A stretch of 63,420 nt of DNA, the filler included, from Reclinomonas americana ATCC 50394 (taxonomy: Eukaryota), in the NCBI GenBank assembly GCA_048213135.1. It is 6 parts of 4 records of this genome, joined end to end, with 100 filler letters (N's around TTAATTAATTAA, not from the genome) between each part and the next. Parts side by side here need not be neighbours in the genome. Positions count along the whole stretch, not along the records: positions 1 to 19,596 come from PS015194.1; 5 more parts are not named here. The stretch is one strand, 5' to 3'. The number at the start of each line of letters is the position of its first letter. Position 1 is the stretch's first letter. A model generated the notes under the pieces. That model was not told the DNA's origin, made no database searches, and saw only the letters and a list, made by a program, of their open reading frames with translations. The translations under genes were made by a program, and so were the position numbers. Positions 1 through 13,200 of the stretch are shown one piece after another.

Positions 1-220
1 TCTTCTTTTTCTTCTTGGTCTTCTTGTTCTTCTTCTTGTTCTTCTTCTTCTTCTTCTTCTTCTTCTTCACCTTCGCCTTCTCCTCCTCCTCCTTGTTGTT
101 GTTCTTCTCCTTCGCCTTCTCTTTCTTCTTCTTCTTCTGCCTCTTCTCCCTTGCTGCTCCCCTTTCCCCCCTCCTTCCCCCTTCCTCCTCCTTCCCCCTT
201 TCCTCCTCCTCCTCCTCCCT
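1..220. repeat. (TCT/TCC)n pyrimidine-rich low-complexity tract, probably intronic
   Basis: Nearly pure TTC/TCC triplets, followed by ...gctgcttag, which looks like an acceptor. Confidence 0.85.
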
Positions 221-245
221 CCGCCATGCTCACTGTGCTGCTTAG

Positions 246-2608
246 CAATCGTGCGAGCGCCGCGACCCGTGTCGCGTGATGAAAAGCACGGCCGCTGTCG
301 ACTGGCGGTCACTCGATACGATCCCGAGCGGTACACAGCCGAGGAGGCGCTCTCCATGAAGAACCCCATTCTGAAGGAATTCTGTTGCGTCCGCCATTTT
401 TTGTTGTTGCGCCCCCCCACTCTCTCTCACCTCCTGTCGCCGCACAGCCTCGGTCGACTGCATCTCGGTGTACACTAACCAATTCGTAGAGTTCTCCTTC
501 CCGTGCGGGTGGGATGTGGAAGACGGTCGGCCCGCTATCAATGCGTGCCTGGTGTCGGTGCCGCTGATGAAGGTGTCGGCCACCTTCTCGTACGGCATCT
601 GCGAGGAGCCGCTCAGTGTGGACGATTGTGGCAGGGTGCGTTGCGCCGCCGCCTCTGCATTGCCCGCCCTTTGCACTTTTGCGCTCACACCGTGCTTTCG
701 GTGCAGCTGAGTGACATGCAGCATGCCATGTTTGCCGAGTGGGTCAAACTTACCGAGGATCGCAAAGTCATCAACGGGCAGGAATACCTCAAAATTGTAC
801 GGCAGCGGCCGATTGACGGTGCCGACGGGCAGTTTGTGCAAACCATCACACTGGTTACTGTACATCCGCAAAACAATCGGTACTCCGCCACGCAACTTCT
901 CCTTTACCCCCACCCGCCGCTCTAATATTATGTTGCAGGCTGATGAACTCCATCACGTTCATGTGCTTCAAGTCGGTGCTGGTCGATTTCAAGGACGCCT
1001 TCCGGTTATTCTACGAGTCAACTCGCTTCCTTGCGTCGCCGCCCGACGCCGACGACTCGGCAGATGGCGCCGCTCCCGATGCCGATGCACAGGATATCGC
1101 TCCCGGTTTGGTCACGCCGCGCCTCGTCACACCGCGCGTCGATCCTCGTACAGGTGCTTTCGCACACTCTTTTCTCTCTCTCCTTCTCTTTCCCTCTCTG
1201 TGTCACCAGCTCACTGCCGTCGATTGCAGAGAGCGCACGACCGCCGCCGCTGAGCGCGTCAAATCCACCTGCCGAGTCGTCACCACGGCACGCGACCGCG
1301 TCGCCCTCGCAGACTGTGACCGACATGACGGCAGAGGAGCGTGAGCAACTCGAGGCATTGTTTGTGGCTGGCGGACGCCCGAATGGAGCGGTACGTAATC
1401 TCGCACACCGTCGTGATGATTTCTTTCTGACGGACTCACGACGTGTGCACCAACAACAGCGCATGGTAATGGATTTTGCCGGTATCTGCCGTGTTCTCGA
1501 CCTGCCGGCCAGCGACGCAGTGTTTGACACATTCCGCGAGTTTTCACATTCGCAAGACCTCTCCACCGGGCAGCCCGTCATGGAAAAGGTCGAGTTCTTT
1601 TTGTTCGCCTACCGCATGCTGTTTGCCGACGACCCCACGAGCCCTGCCGCCGCCGCCGCCGCACCATCGCGATCCACGTCGACCGTTGCCGCTGCCGCAC
1701 CTCCCGTCGCCACCGCCGCCGCTGCTGCCTCCAATCATCACCACAACGGTGAGTATCACCACGACGACCACCATGACGACCACCACGACCACCACGGCCA
1801 CCACGATGACGACGGCGACGACGACGACGACGACGAGTCCGATGTGGGTTTCGAAGACATTCACCAGGAGTCGGCTTCCCCGACCACCGAGTCACTTGCC
1901 TCCCCACCAAAGCATGCCGAACCTTCGCATCGGACGTCCCCATCGCCACCGCCGTCACCGGAGCACCATCCGGTGGAGCCAGCCGCCGAGCCGGTACCGC
2001 CACCGCCGTTGGTGGTCGAGCCGTCGTCACCGCCAAGGCCACAACTGCAGCTGTCGGTGGAGGTGACGAACTTGTCGCCGCAGCCGGCAGCGCCAGCCGC
2101 TGCGGATGCTGCCACCGCAATGTCCGCCCTGTCACCTCTGTCGCCGCTTGGTGTGCCCGTGGTGGTGCTCTTCTTCAGGGTGAGTGCGGAGAGAGAAGGG
2201 GGAACGCCATTTTACGCCCTCGCCGCCGTGCTCACTGTCTTCACAGGAGGACGATCGCAACACACGCGAGGTGCGCATCTTCCTGGAGGAAATACGATCG
2301 ACTATCGGGTTCGAGTTGGTGGCCTTTGAGTTGCACGACCCGATGGCAGAGCGCTTGGTCGCCGATTTCAACGTCAGGTACGCGACGTCGCTCACCACGC
2401 AAGAGCACACTGCCTCACTCACGTGCGCCCTTTTGAACAACCAGCGAATGTCCCACGGTGCTGCTGACACGTGACTGGGTCGTACAACGCCAGGTATCTG
2501 CGCGCACACGCTGCCCAAAACATGCACTTCGGCGACTAACTCGCATCGTCACAGCTGCGACCACCGGTCGATCTCGACGAACTGGGCGAGGCTCTTGTGT
2601 CCATGTGA
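246..2608 (+). CDS. 5'-truncated multi-exon protein: PsbP/DcrB(Mog1)-like domain, EF-hand-like helical segment, His/Asp-rich tract, short C-terminal thioredoxin-like segment
   Basis: Spliced reading VYTNQFVEFSFPCGWDV...KVINGQEYLKIV...QTITLVTV...NSITFMCFKSVLVDFKDAFRLFYESTRFL fits the PsbP/DcrB pattern. It continues MTAEEREQLEALF...MDFAGICRVL, then HHDDHHDDHHDHHGHHDDD, then VVLFFR/EDDRNTREVRIFLEEI. The intron at 384-447 keeps the frame. The last exons and the stop at 2606-2608 are tentative. Confidence 0.55.
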
Positions 2609-2732
2609 TTGTACTGCACTGCCGCAGTTAACTACGCGTGCACAGCACACCAAGGCAAAAAATGTACCTCTTTACTTCGCAGCAGCTTGTCCGTCCGTTG
2701 CGCCCAAGGTCATCGTCCAACTCTCAATCAAA

Positions 2733-4381
2733 ATGGGCCGTCGCAAGGTGAACGGGGGTGCTCCCACTGGGACGCCCACAGTCACAGGCAACGGCAACAA
2801 GAAGAGCAGTCGCCCGCGCGGCAGTGGCAGTGGCAGTGGCACTGGTGGCCTCACAGGTGGCACGCGTGCATCCTCTGCTGCCAGTGCCTCCTCTGTCTCG
2901 AGTGGCGTGAGTGGCATGGATGCGGCACAGCAAGTGACACTGGCGGTGCTGCGTCGTGAGGACCCGTGTGTGCGAGACTCGTTGCACATGACTCGACATG
3001 CAGTGGTGTACACGTTTGACGAAGCGCGCTCACAGTGGGTGAGTGCATGCTCTCTCTCGCTCTCTCTCTCTTTATGTCCCTGTCTTTGGGAGCTGCGCGC
3101 GCGTGTGTGTGTGTGAGAGAGAGTGCGTTGGTTCGCGTTGTCTCATGCTCTCTGTGTAGGCGCGAAAAAGTGTCGAGGGCTCGCTGGTGGTGGTCGCGCG
3201 GTCAGTGTGTGCTTGTCTGCTGTTCCTTTTTGCGTAGTGCTGGCTCACGCAGTGCGTGAGCAGGTCGGAGGAGCCGCGACACAGGATTGTGGTTCTCAAT
3301 CGGCTGTCTCCCGACAACTTGTACGAGGATGTCACCGCCAAGTGTGATGTGGAGGTAAACTTGCCGTACATCTTCTTCAGTACGTCACACGGAGAGATCC
3401 TCGCGCTCTGGTTCTATGACACTGTCGACTGCCTCGGTATCAGCGATGTGTTACACAAGTTCAGTGGCGTTCTTCTGTGATCTCTCGGAAGCCGTAGCTG
3501 ACTCTAGATTGCAGGATCCTACGCAGCCATGCTGCCGTCGGTGTACACGCGACGGCAGGTGGTAGTAGTACTGGTGGTGGTGGTGTCGGCGGCAGCGGCA
3601 TCGACAGCGTGTCGGAGAGGTTGGTTCGAGTGCGTTTCGAGACGCGCACACCTAGACAGCTGATGAGTGAGTCGTCTGCAGCGGCGCCGAGTACGACAAT
3701 GGTGACGATGCCGATGACGATGGTAGTGATGATGGTAGTGACTACGGAGAAGATGAGAGCGGGCGCGGTTTCGAGGGACCGTCGGATGTCGACGGCGAGT
3801 GTGACGACGATGACGACGACGACGACGACGATGACGACGACGACGATGATGATGGGGGGACGTATGATGATGAGGGGACGTATGATGGACGGGACGACGA
3901 CAGCCAACAACCGTCGCATCTTTTGGAGGATATTGCTCAAAGCCTGCGTGATCTTTTGGCGCTTCCGCGACCGACCACTGCCGCCTCGGTTCCCGCCTCG
4001 TTTGCGTCTCCACCAGCGACCGATTTGGGTGGCAGCAGTGCGATTGGCAGTCCTCTACCAGCCGGTGTGCCACCAGCCCCATTGCACATTCAGCAGTCGG
4101 TGCTGCACGCGCACTCGCAGGGACCTGCCTCGCCGGTGCATGCATTTGCCGAGAACCTGTTGAGACTTGGAGCTCACGCGCCGGTCTGCAAATTCTTTTT
4201 CTTCTTCCTCTTCCGTGTCTGTGTGGGGATTCTGAACCTCGTCTCTGCACAGCGGTCGCCTGCTCCTGCTGTCGTACAACCCTCGCTACCAACGGCACCT
4301 ACAAGTGACGAGTCAGCAACACGTCTCCTGTTGCAGTTGCTCACGGCATCCGCTGCCGGCAGTTCCGTGGCCTCCATAGCT

Positions 4382-4412
<31 letters not shown>

Positions 4413-5078
4413 AGCAACAACGAGCGCACATGGAGGCTGCGGCACACCACCTGCAGCAATTGTTGACAATGCCGTCGAGCGCATCGCCGGCACCGACGCT
4501 CTCAGTACCGGCGGCACCACCGATGAAATGGTCGGCATCGTCGATGCCGCAGATGCCTCTGCTGCCGATGCATCTCGGTTCGCCGCCTACCCCATCGCCT
4601 GGCCCTGTCACCGCAGCACCCCTTTCCGCCTCCTCCTCCTCTACCACGACTCAGTCGACCGTATCAAGCGTTTCTCATGTGCCATCCCAGTCGCCAGCTG
4701 TTGCTACCGCCGGTGGTGGCGCGGTGAACTCCGCCGTCTCTTCCTCACAGACGCCACCGCCTTCCACTGCAGCTGCAGCTGCTGCACCTCCGATTGTCGC
4801 CGGTCCGCCGCCCGGCATGCCAATGCTCATGTCTGCGCCACCGATGATGATGATGATGCAGCCGCCCATGCAACCGCCGCCGCCGACACGTGACATGTTC
4901 CGCGAGTGGATGCGTGTGGCCATCGAGGTGAGTAGTAGTATGAAACGGATCGACGGGCGGCAGTGCACGTTGTCCTTACATTCCTCTATCACAGCGCGAC
5001 GAATTGCTCGACCACTTTTATTGGTTGTGGATGATGGATGCTGCGCAGCGGAGCCGCGCATGGCCACCGGCGTCGTGA
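2733..5078 (+). CDS. DCP1: mRNA decapping enzyme subunit DCP1 (EVH1 domain, low-complexity linker, C-terminal helical segment)
   Basis: LAVLRREDPCVRDSLHMTRHAVVYTFDEARSQW / VEGSLVVVAR / PRHRIVVLNRLSPDNLYEDV...PYIFF...ILALWFYDTVDC matches the DCP1 EVH1 domain. GT-AG introns. Last exon is 4995-5078. Confidence 0.9.
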
Positions 5079-5207
5079 GGGCGCATTGGAGAAGAAGGCG
5101 TTGCCGCCGTCGCCGCCACGAGAGAGATCATTTCGTAATCGCAATCCGTAAACACCGATCAGTCGGCCACACACCCGCTGCGTCGAGGAATGCGAATGTC
5201 GCGTCAA

Positions 5208-5654
5208 TCACCAACAAGACGCAAAAGCATGCACACGACGCAACAGTTTGTGACAGAAACTCCACGACAAGATATCCACTGTCTGCGTCACGTCGCCAAC
5301 GGCCGCAGTGAACCCCACAAATCCGTATCCGTCCGAGTCCAGCACGCCCTGTTCGCGACCACAGATGTCAGGCACTGTCAGGGCATGCACCGCAGTCGGA
5401 AGTGCACTCACTCGCTGCTGCTTGTAGTGCTTGCTGTAGGCACTGTCAAGCGTGACTTCGGCCACGAGTGCCGGACGCGAGTTGTTGTCGATAAAGATGA
5501 TCAGATTGCCGGGTCGCCCGAACAGAGACGGAATGTACCTGGTGGAGTGAATACGACAGGGTATTAAGGACAAGCATTACGAGGAGGGACGATGTGTGAT
5601 GACTGTGTTAGCGCAGACTGTGGTGGCTACTGCGTGGCATGCTGCCACCCTCCA

Positions 5655-5697
<43 letters not shown>

Positions 5698-6250
5698 NNN
5701 NNNNNNNNNNNNNNNNNGTTCGAGACCCTGTGACGTGCGAGACAAGAGTGAGGAGGAAAAATAAGAAAGGGAACGTTGGACCAACAGAAGGCACCACTCA
5801 CCTGCTTCGGGTCGTACTGCTCGCTGTTGTACCATGTGTCGAATTCCACAGCCACAATGTCAGAGAGACCCTCGAATCCCAGTCCACGACCAATGGCCTC
5901 GGTTGCCGCCGACGCCCACAAGGGTGCCACTCGGTCCGTCAACTGCACACCCTTGCCGAGCACTAGCGCGAACCCATCACCTCCGCCGCAGAAACTGCCA
6001 GAGTAGCAGCGGAGAGTGAGTGTCACTGCATGCCTGCTGAGCACCCTTGACCAAAAAAATCACTCACCCATCAAGCTCGGAGCACAGTCCGAGTGCGGAG
6101 ATGCGGAACTGGAAATTGATTTCAAAGCCGTCGCGCAGATACAAAGCGTCCGAAAGCCACACGTGAGAACGACGGAAGCGATCGGTGTCCTGGAGCACGG
6201 CGCCAGCCTTTTGTTGCACCAGTCTCATGACTCGACGCGGACGCGGCACA
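5208..6250 (-). other. Legume (L-type) lectin domain, C-terminal part of the giant gene
   Basis: GFEINFQFRI, GGGDGFALVL, GRGLGFEGLSDIVAVEFDTWYNSEQYDP, GYGFVGFTAAVGDVTQTVDILSWSF. Confidence 0.85.
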
Positions 6251-9200
6251 ATGTCGTCGAATACAAACTGCGCGCAGCTGAGTCAGCTCATGCTGCATCA
6301 ATTTGCCGCTGTGTGCGTCGCGTCACCTTTACCGCATCACTTCGTGAGCTCGCATCTGCCGAGGACACCAACATGGGCTGCGTGCCGTCACGTCCGTCCA
6401 CAAGCAGGCAGTTGCCGACAACCACGGCTGCCGCATCCGTGCTCGCCACCAGCGGATCAACCAGCGCACCGGCGGCGTCGGCGCACTCAAAGTTCGCAAA
6501 ATCCATGTCTGTCATTCGCATCGTTCAGCACTCTGCCCTCACGCAACACCCTTCTTCCTTCTCCATCATTAGCAAACCGAGCCACACTTGCAGCTGGAAC
6601 TGCGCGGCGCCAGATTTTTGTGGATACTGCACATCGGAAGTAACGCCAATCCAATAATCCGAGCACCCGCCAGCACCGCACCCGCCTGCAAACAAGCATG
6701 CATACCAAGTTAGCTCGGAAGAAATCACAGAGTAGCGGGAGCAACGAGATGAAGCGCAGACCATCGACCGCGAACTGTTGGGTGGAGACAGAGATGCTCC
6801 AGATGGCACCAGCCCGCGACGCCAGCACAGCACCCGATGCCGAAGCAGTCGGTTGCGTGGCCGGCTGCACGACCACCTGGATCATGTCACCGAAGTTCAT
6901 GTAATCCACGGTACGCACCGCGACGCGCATGGCAAAGTTTCTGCACAACAGAGCACACCACATCAACAACACGCACTACAGACGTGTGACAGCAGAATAA
7001 AAGGGCACCTGTGCGGCGGAGCGATGCGATAGTAGGCGTACTGATTCGCGCGCACTTCTTCCAGCACCTGCAACGCGTTCTCCCTCCACTTGTCGTACAC
7101 TGGATACAGCGACACTGGGTCCTGTGATCACACAAACCCAATGCTCAGCCTGTGCTGCTCTCGAGTGCACACGCTGCGTCAGCGCTTACCTGATCCTTGA
7201 TCATGTTCACAGAGCCGACGTGGGCTGTGTAAGCGGAGCCACAAGAGACGCCGCTTGTGGTGCAGTAACCACGCAGAGTCGACTGCGATAGCTTGTCCCA
7301 ATCGCCCAGCACTCGAGCGCCAGTCGGTTGACACCTGCGGTGCACATGGCACACATGAGCGCAAAACGGACCGAAACAGGACGAAGGCGACACAAAAAAG
7401 GAGAGCCGAGCGAGACACAAAGTAGAATATACGATGCAGTGCGGTGGTGCAAGCGTCGATAAAGGAACGCACCACTGACAGCCCACTCCCGACAAGGACG
7501 CGTCGCCGGCACACGCTCCGGCTGCACTGGCCCCGGTACTGACGGTAGACAACGGGCTGCTATACTGTGTGGGCCGCGAATTCACGTTGTAGAAGCCACA
7601 CTTGCCGATTATCAGAGGCCCATTCGGGCTGCTTATCGCCACCTGCACTCCGTTGTAACACAAGTAGACGGTTTGCTGCATGAACAGGAGCATGAGCAAC
7701 ACCCACGTGGCGACAGGGGACACACGACTTGGACTTCAGCGCTCACCGCCGAGAGATTGTCTGGAGTGGTGCACACCGCATAGCTGACGCCTGCGGTGGA
7801 CCAGGTGTCGGCTGTCGGGTCCGAGCCAACAGAGCACACCAAGGACCCATCGGCGCAGTTGACGACCGAGTCGCCCACGGCAAAGGCAGATGCACCGGTG
7901 AGCGTCAACAGGGACACAGAAAGCTCGGGCACAGTAAGCGGCTCAAACGAGTAGTCTGCACAGGCTGACGTGAGCGGGGGGAAACACAAGAAGAGACGCA
8001 GTGTGGCGACGCATGCGCAACTCAGAACGAGTGGTGTAGGTGGTCGCTGCGAATCACCGACACGACGCCATTGTGTGCCGACACTGGTCTCCACCACGAG
8101 CACTTGTGCACCGCAGCAGCCAACGTCGATAATGTCGCCGACACTGTATCCGAAGCCTCCACTGGCCACACTCACCACCGACACTGTGGTGTCGGAGTTC
8201 GCCGTCACCGTGATTCGCGCGCCGGCTCCACTGCCACCCGTCGCGCTGAGCGTGGTCTGGCCGACAATGTAGCCGAGTCCGGCGTTCCACAGTTGCACGG
8301 TGGCGATGCGGCCAGTTTGCGTGCCGCCCACCAAGACGCACACCGTGTACGGTCCTGCGCAATGGGTGAAGGAGTCAGCACAGCACGTGGTGCAATGGGA
8401 CTCGTCGTTGTGCATTCGTCTAACCGTTGCCACCCGACAGTGTTGGAGTGAACCGATGCAAACTGTCCAGTGACAACACGAGATCGTCCGACACACCCGA
8501 GTGTGGACAATCCCAGCCAGTTGCTATTGTGGCGGCGTCTGCAGTGGTCAGACCACCAGTGATGGTGATAGTCGGTGTGGTGCTCGTCGTGACCAGCGGT
8601 GTGATGGCGTAGAAGGAGACTGCACAGGCAATGAGAAAGCGCAGCGATTGAGCGCCAACCACGTATGCATGCATCTTACCACTCGTAAGAGTCGGCGAGT
8701 TCAGTTGCGTCAGCGTAGACGGACCGGCGGCACTGAATCCCGAGTAGCACAACATATACGACTGCGTAGTGGAGCCGACATCCACAGGGAGACCAGAGCC
8801 GCCTACCGTGATGATCATGCGCTGATTGGGACCGCCGGTCTGCGGCGATGAGCTGTACACGTAGCTATCCATGATGACGTAGCGTGGACCCGTCGAGGTA
8901 AACACATTGCTGGTGTCCGTGCAGGTGGCTGACACGTACACAATGTAGCATGAGCAGGGGAGCAGCAGCAGATGAGAAGCGTCAAACAGCATCACGAAAC
9001 AGCGGGTGAACACGATGGTGTCGGTGGTGCGAAGGCCCGTTCCGGTCCTGTTCACACACGAATAGGCGTTAGATCGTCTCCACGCAAGCAACAGAGGCGA
9101 CAGTGGTGGTGAATTGTACGCAACAGAGTCAGCACAGCGCCAATGTCAGAGGCGGGAATACGGCGCGGGTGGAAATCCGTCAGCACGGCGCTCGCTGCGC

Positions 9201-10207
9201 GACGCATGCGTGAGAGGAGAATCCACTTTTCATATGTATGGTCCAAACTCACTCACGCACTCACCCACGACAGAGAGCTGCGGATAACTGAGGTGAAGGT
9301 AATCCGTAGCGAGGCCGTCGAGCTGCAGGCACACGTGATAGGAGCCAGCAGACAGCACGCCGTCGATGCCCAGTGACACCGTGAGTTCCGTGCGCAGCGG
9401 ATTCGTGGATGACGGTCCATACGCTCGAATACTGACACCAGCGCAGGATACCGAGTTGGTGGTGAACCACACAACATCAGTCGGATCGAGGAATTGTCCC
9501 TGTGTGTTGCGCATGTGCATGTACGGAAATGTGGGTGTGAAGATCAGCGCCACGTGCGATCATTCACAGTCACCAAGACGCACCGTGACGAGAACTGAGG
9601 CTGTAAAATCGGCAGCCGTAATGCTCGTCGGTTGTACACCGGAGATTGTGGCCACTCGCAGCTTTCTCGAACTCACACGGCTGCATGCACGCATGACACC
9701 ATGTGAGTGGCACACACACACGCATACACACAGGGACGACATGGGCGTAACTGGATGGCACTGCCACCGAAGCTTGAGCACACCACGTACTCTTGCGGTT
9801 GGATCGACGACAGCTGCAAGTAGTGCTCCGTCCAGCCACTCTCGGTCACTGCATTTTACATCACATCGCCAGCAAACTGTCAACAGCCACACACAGCCAC
9901 GTGCACGATGACGAAGGCAACGCACCGAAGATCGGAGAACTGGACACATTATTCAGCACGGTGACATGGGTGGATGACTGGCATGTCGACGGACACGTGT
10001 CGGATGTCGTCAAACACACTGGATCCGAGGCCAGCAAGCCGACACCTGCAATCGCACCAGGGCAATCAGCAACGGCTACTGTCGCGGACAGTCAACACAT
10101 GGCGCAACACACCAATGACGGTGAGCACATCAGCCGAGGTTGATGTATTGCCGCGCGCAGAGATCGGGCGGAACGATCCCACCACTGTCGGCGTGGGTAC
10201 AGAGGCA

Positions 10208-10247
<40 letters not shown>

Positions 10248-13200
10248 CGACAAAAAAGTCAGAAGACAATGGAGCCCACACGACGTTGCTCTGTGGCAGA
10301 CGAACCATTTTCAATAGCCACTGTTTGAGCACATGCAATCGAAAGCAACAGTGAGCTGATGGGGCTGGCAGACGAGCGACAGCATGGGGAAATGGTAACT
10401 GACGCACCGGGAGAGGCTGCAGTGGTGAACCAGAGAATGTCACCCCGTCGCGACGACACAGTGTCGACCGCACGGAAGTAATAGGTCTGTTGTGGCGTGA
10501 GCGACAGCAAAACAGCCGCGACAGTCGTGTCGGATGAGCTGGCAGTTGAGGCTGGCAGTGCGGACACTTGTGTCGGAGGCGACACTGTGTTGTCGAATGC
10601 ACTGATGGACTGTGCAAGCTCGAAGATGTTGGCCGTCGCCGCGAGACCACCGGCATTGATAATGCCATTGAGTACAGCGCTCGTGGAAGTGACGCTGCTG
10701 GCGGCCACCGTGCGCACAGATGCACCTACAGCAAGCAACAGTGAGCATGGTGGACAGTCATTCGCCGCTGTGGTGGTGTACACAATTACCGAGGGTGGAG
10801 AACGAGCTGAGCGACGACGTGTGGCTGCCAGTGACCGATCGGAAGTAGTACTGGGTGGACGACGACAGACCGCCGAGTGTGACAGACACGGTGGTCGTTG
10901 TGGACCTCGTTGTAATCAAATGGGAAGAGGACAGGCTGGATGCCAGCAGCGCCACTTGTGGACGACCGTGGCTGCCAGAGTCAACAGAGCTCGACGTGAC
11001 GGACGTAGCGGCAACGGGAGACGCCGGCAGTGTCACTCGCCGAATGGTGTGATTGCTCAAGTCTGCGAGCATCGTTTTTCATGAGTGAGATCACAAAACG
11101 CGGAGAAAGGTAAGTAGCGTACCGCCAATCAGCAGCGATTGACTGGCGCCACAGAACGCCACTCCCGACTGAGATTCATGCACGCACACAAACAGAAAGG
11201 TGATGAGCAACCTTGCAAAAGAGAGAGAGAGACGAGTGCGAGACGAACTGGTTGTGAAAATCGCGCGACACTGCCGAGACCGTCGGTGCTTCCCGCGGAG
11301 CCAGAACTGCCTGCCACCAAAGACACGGCACCAGCGGCGTCGATCAAGCGCACGGTGTTGCCGAACTGCGCATCATAGAGACGCAGGTGCGTGTGTGTCA
11401 GGTGGTGAAATCTCCTCACAAGCCGTCGATCGCATCAAACCTCGGTGACATAGACTCCACCAGAGAGCACGTCCACGGCGACAGCAAGTGGCCGAATGAA
11501 CCGTGCATACTGCCCGTCGGCGTTGGCATACCCAGACGAACCGAGCTGGCCCGCGAGCGTGGTTACGGCCAGCGACTGCAGATCGATTTTTTGCACCACC
11601 TGCGAATTGTTGCCGGCAACGTACAGACAACGGCGTACAGAGTCGACGACCACTGCTGTCGGCGAGCTGAAGCTGCTGCCACTGGCAACGGTGCTGGTGG
11701 CACCAGCGGCAGTCGTCAACCTGAACAAGCGGGTGACAGGAAGTGTGAGGATTGTAGACGACGAGAAACAGGCTGGTGAACGCACCGGATTCGTGAGTTG
11801 CCAGTGTCTGCCGTGTACACTTGGTGTGTCGTGGGATCGACGGCAATGCCACTCGGCGAGCTGAATTGAACTTGAGTGCTCGTCGCACTATCCACAAGTC
11901 CGCTACTACCAGACCCGGCGTGAACCGTCACCAATCCTTGATNNNNNNNNNNNNNNNNNNNNTGATACGACGGATTGCATGGTTGCCGGTCTGTGTCGTC
12001 GACACATCCCAACATGTGAGACAACGGCAGTACCGCGGAGCACAGAACGGTATCATACGCACATCGGCAACATACACGATACCCGTGATTGCATCCATGT
12101 CGACGTCGTGCGGGCTGCACCGTGGCACATTGATCAGTGGGATGAGAGAGTGAGAGAGTAAGAATAGACCATCTTCGCCCCAAAACATACCTATGGAACG
12201 TGGCTCCACTAGTGGTGGCCCCATCGACGAATCCGGAGCTGCTGGGCGTGCCAGCAAACAGCGATACAGTGCCAGCCGTCGACATAGTGCGGATGACGTG
12301 GTTCCTGCATCCCGAGGAGGAACAATCAGCTGTCGCGCAGAAAGCAAGCGCTCATCCACAAACAAATAAGCACGCACCCCGAGTCGGCAATGTACGCCAC
12401 TCCGGTCTCATCGCATCGAATGCCCTGCGCGCGCGCGCACACACACACGTTCGGGAGGTCAGCGGCACAGAGAATAGAGAATGAGGCCGTCGGAAAAGAA
12501 TGGGCAATCCCGTACGCACTGCAGGGCTGCTGAATCGCGCCACGGTACCAGTGCCACTGACATATCCACTGACGCCACTGCTGCCGGCCACAGTGCTGAC
12601 GACTCTCGTGGCGGTTGTGACACCGAATGCCGACGGCACGCGAGACACCTCAAACGAGGTGGTCAACGCGCCTTCGTTATTCGTATTGACCGTGGCCTGC
12701 AGTGTCGCTGACAAGGTGGTGACAGTGGAGGTCCCAGATATCGCAGTCGATGATCCTGCAAACACACATGCACTTGCACAGTCAGCAAGAGTGGCTCACA
12801 GTTTACATCGCGATCGTACTGACCAAGTGAGAGGAACGACGAGGCCGAAGCCGTCGTGGAACCCACAACCAGGCGGAAATAGTACAACGTGTGTGCCGCA
12901 ATGCCAGTCACTTGCACGGTCACCGACGTATCCGCGCTTCCACTGACGGTGGCCGGCGTGGCTGACAGTCGTGCTGCCGGCAACAGCACAAGACGAACCG
13001 TGCTGTTGCCGGTATCTGCGTGTGATGAACAAGAGAGAGAGAGAGAGAGTGAGTCAGTACATGCGGTATGCAGTCGACTCGTGTGACAAGTACCTCCAAC
13101 GGCCGCGGCACCCGTCTGTGGCAGGAAGACGATTCCTTGCTGCACAAATGTCAAAGTAACGACAGGTCAGAGACTGTGCGCACACGTAGTAGAGCAGCGG

